Shown piece by piece: positions 1-11,690 of a stretch of DNA of 64,000 bases (its first letter is position 1; every line of letters starts with the position of its first letter). Position numbers and translations under genes: made by a program. The stretch spans positions 113,526,807-113,590,806 of the forward strand of contig NC_068986.1 of the NCBI RefSeq assembly GCF_001194135.2. Direction: 5' to 3'. The notes under the pieces were generated by a model that made no database searches, had not been told where the DNA came from, and saw nothing but the letters and a program-made list of their open reading frames with translations. The DNA comes from Octopus bimaculoides (lineage: Eukaryota).

Positions 1-1182
1 TGTAATTTGTCGCCCGTCATGCTACGTGCAGATTTCGGTGTTTTTCTCAACAAAGGTTTCCCTATTTTCTTACATATTTCCATATTTATTATTGAGATAC
101 CACCTCTAGTATCCAGTTGAAGTTTCATATGTATTCCATTTATTTTTACGGGCCCGAATTTTCTTATTTGTGAGTGGAATTTTGTTTTTGCAGAGAATAT
201 TCTAATATTTTTAACATTTGACCTCCGTAAATTTGTCCTGCAGTGTGAACTCTTGTGACCAATTATTTTGCAACTGTAAGGTTTTTGATCTTTTCTGAAA
301 TGTATGCCTCTACATCCATAACATGGAGTCGGAAGTGGCGCTCTTTTTTTGTTCTACTTTTCCGGTCAGCTTAACTCTGTTTAATGCATTCTTTTCTTGA
401 ATTCTTTCTACAACATGTTTCATGTTTACCATCCTTTGGCATTCTTCTGCCACGGACTGTAAGGTTAGATCTTAGTTCGCTTATTCCAATTTAGAAAGAA
501 TTCTTTCTTGCCAGAATTTCTGTATTTTTGCTTTCTGTAAGGTTTTGTACGAAAATAAAACGCTCGAACATCTCAGGTGTAAGTTTTTTTTAGTTTAAAA
601 CTTTCACATATCCTGTTGACTGTTCCTGTGTATGGGATAAAATCATTATTCTCTTTTTTCGTTGTATTCCTACACTCCATTCGAGTGTGAAATAGAGAAT
701 GTTTATCGCCGAATATGTTAGACAGAAATTCTATTGTTTCTTTAAAACAAATTTCATTCGTTTTTTGGGGGCAATATGAATGTTCATGCTTTAACGAAGC
801 TAAATCTCGCAATAACAATCTCACTTTTTCTTCTTCCGATCATGATTTGCAATCTTGCTTAAAAATCTCCTCATACTTTCTGTAATAAGCTGCAAAAGTT
901 ATACCCTCCTCTGGGATATAACTGAATTCATTGATCAAGTTCGAAACTCTATCTGGCGAAAATGAACTTAACTCCTTACTGGACTTCCTTGAATATAGCT
1001 CCAATAATTGTTGATGTTGTAGTTGTTGCTGTAACAGTTGTTTCTGCAGCTCCTGTTGCTGCTCTTGTTGTTGCTTTTGCAACTGTACTATGGAAGCTAA
1101 TAGGTCTTCCATTATTTAACAAGTTGCATCACGAACAATTTGTTAAATAACCTACGTGAGCTTCGAACCCCTCGTCGCCAGA
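1..1182 (-). mobile_element. Ty3/Gypsy LTR retrotransposon internal 5' region (K02A2.6-like gag, degenerate, running off the window start toward the protease)
   Basis: ORFs 840-1112 (MEDLL..Q-rich..FSYIPEEGITFAAYYRKYEEIF) and 573-824 (YCPQKTNEICFKETIEFLSNIFG..SLFHTR) resemble the gag N-terminus of K02A2.6-like Gypsy elements. Broken frames continue through ILSKLE..LTLQSVAEEC and a Cys/His-rich knuckle-like stretch near 250-330. An LTR and PBS lie directly upstream. Confidence 0.8.
1170..1180 (-). promoter_or_regulatory. Primer-binding site TGGCGACGAGG, complementary to the 3' end of tRNA-Ser(GCU)
   Basis: The minus strand reads ..TTACAACA-TC-TGGCGACGAGG. Animal tRNA-Ser(GCU) ends ..CCTCGTCG-CCA (from recalled sequence). 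Confidence 0.7.
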
Positions 1183-1457
1183 TGTTGTAACGTAATTTGT
1201 TACGTACAATAAAAAAGATAACCAGACAACAGTAAAACAATGTAACCAGCAAACAAACCTCTTTACGAACCAACGATCAATATTCCTTGTGAACTAACCA
1301 ACCGATATCTTCCGACTTCACAGCGAGCTAACACGAACTTCAGTCGACTGTGAACTTTTGACTCACTCGGATCGTTACTATTTATACTTTACTAGGACGA
1401 GTCTATCTCTCGCAAGGGGGCGTCGTACGTTTTTACTAAACCCTTCCTATTTCAACA
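1183..1457 (-). mobile_element. 5' LTR of the Gypsy element (~275 bp)
   Basis: On the minus strand it starts TGTTG(AAATAGG) and ends (TTA)CAACA, giving TG..CA termini with a 5-bp inverted repeat. It lies 2 nt before the PBS and contains TATAAATA near 1379-1386. Confidence 0.7.
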
Positions 1458-1484
1458 GTGAATAACAAAGGGTATGTGAAGATG

Positions 1485-1570
1485 CATGGTTCAGTGGTTC
1501 AGAGGTTGTGAGTTCGAAGCCCGGACCGGGCTGTGTGTTGTATTCTGGAGCACGACAACTTTGCCTGTTG
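1485..1570 (+). mobile_element. tRNA-derived SINE head fragment
   Basis: A-box-like TGGTTCAGTGG and B-box-like GAGTTCGAAGCCC, with no full cloverleaf. Confidence 0.35.
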
Positions 1571-2411
1571 GCTTGGAGGGGAATTTTCTAGGTGCAATCC
1601 TATGGTCAGTCTGCAGATCGTTTTAAGCCACTGTTGGAATCATTTATTCTAAACTTATAAATATCGATTAAACTGGAAAAATTAACAGAAAAACCAGTTC
1701 TATTTATCTTTTGAAATATAACTTACAGCTTCCCTACTTTATATCCCACATAGTACGACACTCCTGTCACATTTTCACATTTTGGCCTGTTTTGTCTTTC
1801 GCACGCTCACTGTTTCCATTTTTGATTTCCTACAACCTTCGCAATTTCTTGTAACTGTTCGTCCAACTTTGGAAAGGTTTTGGCGTTTTCTCTTTCCATT
1901 TACAAGTTACGCTTTCAACGTGTTTCTTAAATATTATTGCACATGTGTGAACTGTTTTTACATTGGGTATTCTACTTAAACTANNNNNNNNNNNNNNNNN
2001 NNNNNNNNNNNNNNNNNNNNNNNNNNNNNNNNNNNNNNNNNNNNNNNNNNNNNNNNNNNNNNNNNNNNNNNNNNNNNNNNNNNNNNNNNNNNNNNNNNNN
2101 NNNNNNNNNNNNNNNNNNNNNNNNNNNNNNNNNNNNNNNNNNNNNNNNNNNNNNNNNNNNNNNNNNNNNNNNNNNNNNNNNNNNNNNNNNNNNNNNNNNN
2201 NNNNNNNNNNNNNNNNNNNNNNNNNNNNNNNNNNNNNNNNNNNNNNNNNNNNNNNNNNNNNNNNNNNNNNNNNNNNNNNNNNNNNNNNNNNNNNNNNNNN
2301 NNNNNNNNNNNNNNNNNNNNNNNNNNNNNNNNNNNNNNNNNNNNNNNNNNNNNNNNNNNNNNNNNNNNNNNNNNNNNNNNNNNNNNNNNNNNNNNNNNNN
2401 NNNNNNNNNNN

Positions 2412-2467
<56 letters not shown>

Positions 2468-2699
2468 CATGTATATGTATACATGTATATATATACATAC
2501 GCACATGCAATCATGAAATAATAAATTTTGAGGGAATTATTAATATTTTACGTTTGCGTATGTTATTCTCGTTGCACGCGTCAGTTGTCGAATAACCATG
2601 TTTCTGCGCGGATATACCAATCTGTCTACGTTAATATTTATGTACGTGAGTCATTCTCTACTTGTGTATACGTGCAGAATATGTGTTGGATACGCATAG

Positions 2700-2796
<97 letters not shown>
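2412..2796. repeat. (TA)n, (TATG)n and (TG)n microsatellites
   Basis: Directly visible. Confidence 0.95.
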
Positions 2797-2798
<2 letters not shown>

Positions 2799-2889
2799 TG
2801 TGATATCTAAGAAGTGACAGCCCACTCAATAGATGAATTTAAATGAAAGATGTATCTGACATCCGCTTTAATTTCTATTGTAGAAGTGA

Positions 2890-3200
2890 AATTTATCTGC
2901 TGGCAGTTTGAAAGCACATGCAGTCTAGAAATTCCTTTTGAAGGTCCCAGAAATTCACACAGACGGTAACAGGTTTTATAGAGATTGGAGTGGATTGGTC
3001 GCTTAGGTAATTAGTTGGATTGTATACGATGGAACATTGGAAATATTTCACCATGTCTGAGATGTGTTTACAATAAAATAGGTTAGGATCAGAGAGATGA
3101 GAGTGTGGGCTTGGAGTAGACACTAACTGTGAGGAAGAGTATTAGAGTGAAGAAGAGAAAGAAGATGTGAGAGCACGTTTGAGTGGCTGGCTTTTGTAAA
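2890..3200 (-). mobile_element. Possible decayed CR1/Jockey endonuclease-region fragment
   Basis: STPSPHSHLSDPNL resembles the CR1 TPSLLDLFLTSDP motif. Heavily degenerate. Confidence 0.25.
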
Positions 3201-3714
3201 GAGATTCATTAAAGTATTTGGCTATTTGCTATTTACACATTCCATAAATTAAATCTACAAGTTTCCATAACCCTTGAGGTTATGAGCAGACAATGGAAAC
3301 ACTACCTTTATGCTGGATTGGTTAGAAATAGCAGCGAATTTTGCTTGAAATCAACGCTAGTAGCTTTTAACTTTTTCAAGCTATTTAGAAATGAGGCAAT
3401 GCAATCAAAGAAATTCATTTATGATAAGATAAAGACGCCCATACTTGGAAAAGCTTTGCTCATAAGGTTTCTCGATTATTGGTGACCAGAATAGTGTTTG
3501 TTGCTGTTTCTTGCTGACATAAATTACATGAAGATTCAAATTTTAAAATTTCCCCTTTCAACTTCTTTCATGAAACCCTTTTCGAAATATGGACTCGCCT
3601 GACGCTAAATAAGGATGGTAGAAGGTAAGCAAGTGCGAATGTAATGAATAATTAGTGAAATCAGTCGGTCAGTCCACAGAAACTGTGAAACAGTTGGAAT
3701 AGGTTTAAGACTAA

Positions 3715-3876
3715 GGCGACCTCGATCGACTTTGCCATTGCTAACTTCTTGTATCGACTCCGAAAGTATGAAAGGTAAAGTGAACATCACTGGTATTTGA
3801 ACTCATAACATGAAGACAACTGAAATGCTTCTAAGCATTGTGCCCGGCGTGATGACCTCTCTGCCATCACACCACC
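3715..3876 (-). mobile_element. tRNA-derived SINE, family A (type copy at 53499-53734)
   Basis: The reverse complement follows the family A head and body (GAGTTCAAAT B box, TTTCATxCTTTCGGxGTCGATA). Confidence 0.6.
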
Positions 3877-4819
3877 TTCATTTTTTACATTAATATTAAG
3901 CTTTGTTCTTTGAGTCGATGAGGATGTTTCACAACCAACTTCCTCTACCACATATGGATTCTTAGTTTGTAAGGTAATACATCTTTTAACGTTTTTACAA
4001 TATGAGACTTAGCAATTGTGTTTGATTATTATTTATATCTAAGAAAAAGCATTCCCTACTTTATTTTCTACGAGAAATCATCTGTTGTCCCCTGGATTGC
4101 CTTAGCTGCTTTACTATTTAAAATAAATAATATATACTGCAATTTACTATTGTAATCTTCTATTGTGTATTAATGACGTATTGGAAAATGAAATTTCTTG
4201 TTGCGATGGATTTTCTGTTGACTTCATTATGCAAAACTATAGGAAACTGTTTAACTGATTTTCATCACTGGAAATTTCTATAATTTGATTATCAATTCAC
4301 ATTTGTGCATTGCTTAAAGTATCCCTTATTCTATGTTGTTCATTAAGAGGTTTTTTTTCTAGCCGATAGTCAGTTACTCACAGGAATAACTATAACTTAT
4401 TCTAATTCACTTTACTGATTTCATTTGAAATCCCGTTATTTTTTGTTGAGGTGATTTCTTGACGTGACTGATCACTGCCTTGCTTTGGTGTATTTTTCAT
4501 GTTAACACCTTTTGTTATAGTGTTTCGAATGCATGAAATATTAGCTGCGTAATTTGTTGGGGGTGGAGGTAATTGCGTTGCAGATGGATAGGTGTTGGTG
4601 TTTCATAAGGTGTTATATAATGTGAGGCATCAACTATATATTAGTTATTTGTATCATTTTATAGAGCAGAATGGATAAGATTTAGTAAGGAAGCAATGCT
4701 AGTGAAAACTAGAACACAGAGAGATCTAGTTAGACAGTTAGAACATTACTAAAAAAAGGATTGAAACAGATTTAATTGCGGCTAAATCGACTTGCCATCA
4801 ACGAAAGCTACATTGTCAG

Positions 4820-5830
4820 AGATAAGCCGTGTGCCCTAAGACATGGAGAAAAGTGTCTGATGGGCCCAAATGGGACTGGCAGAAAGTAACAACAGAATCA
4901 AAATTCATTTTCTCATGGATCATGATGATGCCATTGTTTAATGCAAAGCAGAGTTGAATAGTTTTTCGTCGGTATTCTGTTCGACTCTCCGCCAGATGTA
5001 GCGGAAAGGATCGCATGATAGACTTGGCTATCTAGTCTGACTTCTAACATCGATGTTTGACAATGAAGGCTAAGTGTTGATAGAGCTTATAACAAACACA
5101 GATTTATGGAAGAGGTGGCTAGCTGTACAAGGGCAAATCATCTGGTTTGGAGAGTCTATTAAGCAAGCTTTCCATTTACATTCAAAACAAGTTCGTCCAC
5201 CACTTGGCAGATATCAGGATTCATGAATCTTTGCTCATTTCTCCGATAATCTCAGGCTTTGGTTAGCCAAAATTCCAGACAAAAATATGGCTAAAGTGAC
5301 ACGAAGATTCTTGTTGATGACTGATTGATGATGACATGTATGCAATGTCCGGAACAACTTCCACCTCACGCGATACAACATAGGAAAGGTGAGTACGGAA
5401 CCCAGCAGGGAGCGAACATTTATCAATTTATATCAATCAAAAGCATCCGATAAGGGTGACCACAAAAATCATGAAGACCGTCCCTGCAGCCGGTTTCGGC
5501 GCTGTCTTCAGGTGTTGGATTGTTCTTCGCAACAGAGATATCTGCTCAATGATTTGTGCGAATAGCCACCAATCTGAACCAGTCTTTTAAGGTTATCTCT
5601 TCTCCTTACGTAATGACTCTCGAAACAAAAGCTGAGAGGCAATACTCGTGAACAAGGATGTTGAAGGTCTATGCTGGCATGTGTGGAAGGCGTCAACGTA
5701 ATATTTTAGCTCACCAAACACACGAGGTGTTCGACACCGGTTTAAATGATGAAAACGCGGTATCAGCCGCTCAAATAAAGTAGATGTCGTAAGGCCTGCT
5801 GCTTGGAAACTGGAGTAATACGTCCACACC
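4820..5830 (-). mobile_element. Possible DIRS-type RT/RNase H relic
   Basis: Degenerate motifs in DIRS-like order across broken frames: YYSSF / HLNR / VDAFHT / SDWWLFAQ / KWWTNL / LCFAL..NFDSVV. No intact YLDD is present. Confidence 0.3.
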
Positions 5831-5971
5831 GACCAAGTGGATCGTAAGCCTGAGGAGGAACATATCAGTTAACATAATATGGCATTCCTGGTTTAGGACG
5901 AATGTTGCAGTAATTTAACCCCAGGAGACATCGTCTCCAGCTGGCTGTATGACACCACTCCAGGACTGAAT

Positions 5972-6830
5972 GTATGTATCTGTGTGTATGTGTATATATA
6001 CGCACATACATACATTCATATATACATTTGTCCATAGATACATATTACATACATAGATTCATACATATAAACATACATTCATTCATACATACATACATAC
6101 ATACATACAAACATACATACATACATACATACATATATACAAACATACACACATACATACATACATGCATACATACATATAAACATACATATATATAAAC
6201 ATACAAACATACATACATACATACATACATTCGTGCATATTTGCAAACTAGTGCCAAACAAATGGTTGGACAATCCAAATTGATTCGGTTATGCATTGGA
6301 GTTAGAGTTGTACTCTATATTTTGGTCTTTCTTATTTACATAGATGTGTGTGTGTGTGTGTGTGTCCGTGTGTGTGTGTGTGTGTGTGAATGTGTGTTAA
6401 TGCTTGTGTGTGTGTGAGTGTGTGTATATGTGTATTTGTATGTATATAAAATAACATATTGTATTTTATACCTAAGTATATTATATACGCGTAGATTTTT
6501 ATATATTTTTATGAATTTATAATCTGTATGTTTGTGTGTGTATGTGAGAGAGAGAGAGAGAGTGTGTGTGTGTGCGCGTGTGTGTGCGTGTGTGTGTGTG
6601 AGTGTTCGGCACATAATTCTTTTTTGTTTCGTTTTCCGTTTTTCTTCTCCGACATATCAAACCTATTGTTTTTGTTATTGTTTTTGTTATTACATAAACT
6701 AATGCTTAAGCGCTTGTCCCTGATGAACTCGTCAATCTCACATAGAAAGTTGCCGCTGCCGTCAGCGTCGTCGTCGTCGTCGTGGTCGTCGTCGTCGTCG
6801 TCGTCGTCGTTGTTGTTGTTGTTGTTGTTG
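5972..6830. repeat. Microsatellite cluster: (TACA)n, (TG)n, (GA)n, (GTC)n/(GTT)n
   Basis: Directly visible. Confidence 0.9.
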
Positions 6831-7624
6831 CTACTTCTGAGCTTTTACTGTTGCCGCTTTCGTTGCTTTTATATTTCAATTCTATCAGACATCTTTTTAA
6901 GCGTGAATATATAAATACTGCATTTTTGACAGGAAATGAATAGTCGCACCTGGATATCTGGTGCATTTATATCCATTTTTAGTGCAACTGCATTTAAATG
7001 AACCACATATATAAAACAATAATATATATATAAAACAATAATACAAAATCATCGAAGATATATGCACGGATTTCTTTGCATCTCATCGATAAATAAAGAA
7101 AAAAAATTCGAAAAGATAACAAATAAAATATATGCATGGATAATATTTCAAAATTTAGTGCGCGATGCTGCATAAAAATTAGCTCAGATTTCTTCAATAA
7201 CCGTATCTTTGTAGCTTTAAAATATTTAGTATATGAGCTTGCAGCTTTGAATATGTTGGTTGTAGATTTGACATTAGTGGAAAAAGTTAGTTTTACTTTG
7301 TGCAGGGAATCAGTGAAAGGAGGGACTGCATTGAAATGACAGCCATCGTATTGTCGTTACGTTGTGTGTTTGTATGTGTGTGTGAGCATCAGTGGAGTTT
7401 GTGTAATTACGTAACCAAAACGTCGATGATATAGTGCTGATTCGCGGTACGAAAGATATAATCTAAATTTTCGTTCAAACATGCTTTGCCTAAATGTATG
7501 AATGTAAGAATATATACAGGATAACATTAGAGCCGAAACACATTGGAGATTGGTGACACAGTCTACCGTCAATTTGTTGGATTACGGATCTTTGCATGAG
7601 CGTGTGTATGTGTTTCTAAGAGAT

Positions 7625-7978
7625 ATATCCAACCACATGGTTCCGGGTTCAGGCCTACTGCGTGGCATCTTGGGGGGTGCCGACCAAAGCCTTGTGAGTG
7701 GATTTGGCAGATGGAAACTGAAAGAAACCCGTCGTATAATATATATGTGGGATGTATATGTATGTGTTTCTGTGCTCATGTTTTCCCCCACCATCGCTTG
7801 ACGATGTTGGTGTGTTTACGTCCCCGTAACCTAGTGGTTCGGCAAAACAGACTGATAGCATAAGTACTAGGTTTACAACGAATAAGTCGAGGAGTCGATT
7901 TGCTCGACTAAAGGCGGTGCTCCAGCATGGATGCAGTCAAATGACTGAAGCAAAAAAGAGAATAAAAGAGTAAAAGAA
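7625..7978 (+). mobile_element. tRNA-derived SINE, family B, near full length
   Basis: CCAACCACATGGTTCCGGGTTCA head, central TG-rich spacer, CGTAACCTAGTGGTTCGGCAAAA body and (AAAAGAGT)n-like tail. Shared with 9850, 14230 and 27250. Confidence 0.75.
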
Positions 7979-8176
7979 CTACAAGAAGACCTAAAGGTGT
8001 AAGGTAATGCTGAGTAAGTGCTATGGACAGACCATAGTTAAGCTCCAGGTTCGGTGATTATGCGAATAAGGAGTCCAACGTAGGTCATATATCAGTATGT
8101 GTATATATAAAAAAAGTAACAGAATGAGATAAAAATCCAAGGTTGTGAAAGATTTCAGAACATTTATAAATAGAAG

Positions 8177-8224
8177 GTCTTACAGATGTTTCCGGGATAT
8201 TTATTATATCTCTTCATCTGAGAC
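8177..8224 (-). ncRNA. Degenerate minimal hammerhead ribozyme motif (CAGAUGA core)
   Basis: The minus strand reads GTCT-CAGATGA-AGAGATAT..ATATCCC-G-GAAAC-ATCT-GTA-AGAC. Confidence 0.45.
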
Positions 8225-8495
8225 GGTGTGAGAAAGTAATTAAGCAATAGTTATTCCAGATATGATATGAAATAGAGAGTGAAGTGAAGGAATAAACATA
8301 GACGTGAGATATGTAGGGGTTATTGTATATCCAATTCCATTATTTAGGCAGAATGGTATACATATAAGATTCCTCTACCTTATGAGTAAGTTCCAATAGT
8401 ATTTAAAATTACCAATTTTAAATACTAGTGGAACTTACTCACTCTCTTTTACATATCCTATCTAGAATAACTATTGCTCAACAATATTCTGCACC

Positions 8496-8543
8496 GTCTC
8501 CGATGAAGGGGTATATACAATATCCCGGAAACAGCTGTAAGAC
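8496..8543 (+). ncRNA. Minimal type I hammerhead ribozyme motif (CCGAUGA core variant)
   Basis: GTCT (stem I) - CCGATGA - A - GGGGTAT..ATATCCC (stem II) - G - GAAAC-AGCT-GTA - AGAC (stem I'). Stem III is the palindrome ACAGCTGT. Confidence 0.6.
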
Positions 8544-9849
8544 CTATTTATAAATGTTCTGAAATCTTTCACAGCCTTCGATTTTTATCTCATTCTGTTA
8601 ATTTTTATAAATGCATATANNNNNNNNNNNNNNNNNNNNNNNNNNNNNNNNNNNNNNNNNNNNNNNNNNNNNNNNNNNNNNNNNNNNNNNNNNNNNNNNN
8701 NNNNNNNNNNNNNNNNNNNNNNNNNNNNNNNNNNNNNTATATATATATATATATATATATTCACATCCATACACACACACACACATATATATATATACAC
8801 ACACACGCACACACGCACACACATACATATATATATTCATATATATATATATATACATAGATATGCGCTTTTGGTTCGAATGGTTTTGTTAAGCGCTGTT
8901 GTGCTTTATAATTTTGTAAATAATAATAATCGTATGTTTTCACTTACTTGAAGCTTATAGTGATCACGGTGCAAATGACTAAGGAAAGTAGTTTAATAAT
9001 GGGACATATAAGACCCCGACAGAAAAAAAAGTAGGCTTCCATGTACGCGTGAGTCACGAACCCACATTCCTTTGTTAACGTGACTGTGTTTGATATATAT
9101 ATATGTAAACATGTTTGTTTGTTTTCCTGAAAATCCATTGGTACTGCGATTTCAAGGAAGAGTTCTATGTGAGTTCACAGTGACATGTCTTGTGATGGCA
9201 TAATATATACACCAAGTGAATCGAAAAAGAGGAATGAATCATAAAAGTTTGTATCCTCTCCGGATACAAAAAATACAACTACGATTTTACAACATTTGCA
9301 TAACTGCTGCTGGTATGTACCTTAGTCGAGAAAATGAGAGGGAATTTGAATATATTGAAGATATATGAGGATAGTAAATAAAACAATTAAAATCAATTGA
9401 TTTTGAAAATGGCTGCAAAGCATCGTAAAATCGAAAGTTCTGAAATTTATTTCATGTCTATCGATGAATATTCTTTTAGTTATATACATAGCGTTCAATG
9501 ATTAAAACTTCAAAATATCTAACGAATATATATTCAAGAAAATAATTATTCAAGTTTGCAGATTTTATTTATGAAACACCGAACCGAAATTTTAATGCAA
9601 CGCTCCCAGAATTTTATTTTAAAATGCATTTCTGGTGAAGAATTTGAGGAATGTGTATGTCAAATGTAATATAAATGAAGTGTCATTCCGTCGTTACAGT
9701 GTTTCGCAAAAAAGGCTAAATAATTTGAGAAATTAAAATTTCTAAAGGATATGATGTGAGACGCTACCGCAAGATGTCATTGCGATTGGGCATCAACTAT
9801 CATTTATTGTCAAAACATCCACCTCTTTGCTCTTTCCATTCCATTCGTG

Positions 9850-10200
9850 GTAAGTTAGCTTCTATATCTCAAGGTTACGGGTTCAGTCCCACTACGTGGC
9901 ACCTTGGGCAAGAATCTTCCACTGTAGCCTCTGGCCAACCAAATCTTTGTCAGAGAATTAAGTAAATGGAAATTGAAAGAAGCATGTCGTGTGTGTGTAT
10001 GTGTGGGGGGNNNNNNNNNNGGGGGGGTGTACGTGTGAGTGTGTGTGTGCGCGTGCGTTTGTCCCGTACCATATTTTGGCAACCGATGTTGTTGTGTTTA
10101 GTCTTATCTAGCAGTCCGGCAATAGTGTCCGATAGAATAAGTACCAGGGCTTAAGAAATATAAATGCTGGTGTCGGTTCATTCGACTACAAATTCTTCAT
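9850..10200 (+). mobile_element. SINE family B, diverged
   Basis: GGGTTCAGTCCCACTACGTGGCACCTTGGGCAAG head and CCGATAGAATAAGTACCAG body. Confidence 0.6.
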
Positions 10201-10819
10201 TAATCGCAGACTAAAATAGTATTCAAAGAATGAAGCGTTACATTTTCACATAAACTTCTTCTTGTATTATATGTTTCAAAAAGCATGAGTAACCCTGTCG
10301 ACATCATACAATGGTTTGTATGCATAATCGATGAATTAATTAATGGAGCACTCGATTCACTAACACTTCTAAACGGAGCTCAAAGTTGCCCTGTAAAATG
10401 TTTTTTTCAAGCCTGCTACAAACACTGATATTGAGACGGGGCAGTAAGAGATAATGGACGTATCGTTCTGTTTTGTGTTATCTCCTCGCTAAGTTCAGAG
10501 TCCAGAAAGGTCGAGATGTTATCAAATGTTTGTGTACAGAAGTCTGAGAGAAGAAACGCTGGGGAATTATAATTGGTATTTGATGTCTTTATTTAGTGAG
10601 AGTCTAAAGCAGGCAGTAGTGTGTAGTATACGAGGTCAGCTGAGTGCGAAATAACTTTGAAAGAAGACGCAATCAAAGAATTGGCCACGCTGTTTCTACT
10701 GAGAAATATCAGGTTAACAACCGTTAGATTATATTCTATTAAATAAAAATAAATTCAATTCAATGAAATATTAAACTAAATTATATTCGGTGCAGTACTT
10801 AAGGAATCAAATTAAATGT

Positions 10820-10879
10820 GAGTGTGTGTATGTGTGTGTGTGTGTGTGTGTGTATGTGTGTGTCAATCTGTGTGTGACC

Positions 10880-10913
<34 letters not shown>

Positions 10914-11555
10914 ATTTTTATATGTTCTCTTTCTGTTTTAAGTAGAATAGATTCTGACCGGCCACCTACATGGTAGCAGAGTTGCGAAGAAAAGCATTAC
11001 AGATTATTATGGTTCCAGATATCATATACACGTAAGTATGTATGTATGTATGTATGTATGTATGGATGGATGGATGGATGGATGGATGGATGGATGGATG
11101 GGTGTATGTCTCTATGTATGTATATTTGTATGCATATATGTATGCATGCATGTATGCATACATGTATATATGTATGTTTTTTGTATGTATACATACATAC
11201 ATGTATGTATGTATGCNNNNNNNNNNTATATGTATGTTTTTTGTATGTATACATACATACATGTATGTATGTATGCATACATACATGTATGTATGCATAC
11301 ATACATGTATGTATGTTTGCATGTATGTATGTATGCATGCATACATGTATGTATGCATGTATGCATACCTGTATGTATGTATACATGTTTGCATACATGT
11401 ATATATGTATGTATTCATGTATATATGTATGTATGTATGTATGTAGCCGTCTAAGTATCCATGACTCAATAAAAAATATGCACTCCTAAATTCCCCGATA
11501 GATTGTCTACATTAACTGAAGTGTACAATTCTGCTTCCGTGTGTAGCCTGGTCCC

Positions 11556-11599
<44 letters not shown>

Positions 11600-11643
11600 G
11601 TATGTTTTTAAAGAAAGAGAGAAAGAGAGATAAGATGGATAGT

Positions 11644-11684
<41 letters not shown>

Positions 11685-11690
11685 GCTGTC
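10820..11690. repeat. (TG)n, (TATG)n, (GGAT)n, (GA)n and (GATA)n microsatellites
   Basis: Directly visible. Confidence 0.9.

Larger units (their letters stand above)
8107..8608. mobile_element. Fold-back pair of Penelope-like pseudo-LTRs
   Basis: 8107-8282 is an inverted copy of about 8440-8608. The central hairpin has 28-bp arms (8383-8410 and 8414-8441, one mismatch, ACC loop). Each outer arm carries a hammerhead-like motif. Confidence 0.7.

Noticed and set aside
1600-1983. Possible pogo/Tigger HTH remnant on the minus strand (FPKLDEQLQE)
   Set aside because: A single short motif with no TIR or DDE support.
6715-6750. Other CTGATGA occurrences (6720, ~17806, ~17913, ~30300 on minus) and the GAAACGTA at ~17455 as hammerheads
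   Set aside because: None combines the core with a properly placed stem II, GAAA and stem I.
11165-11275. ~50-bp direct repeat around a 10-N gap
   Set aside because: Same assembly-overlap artefact.
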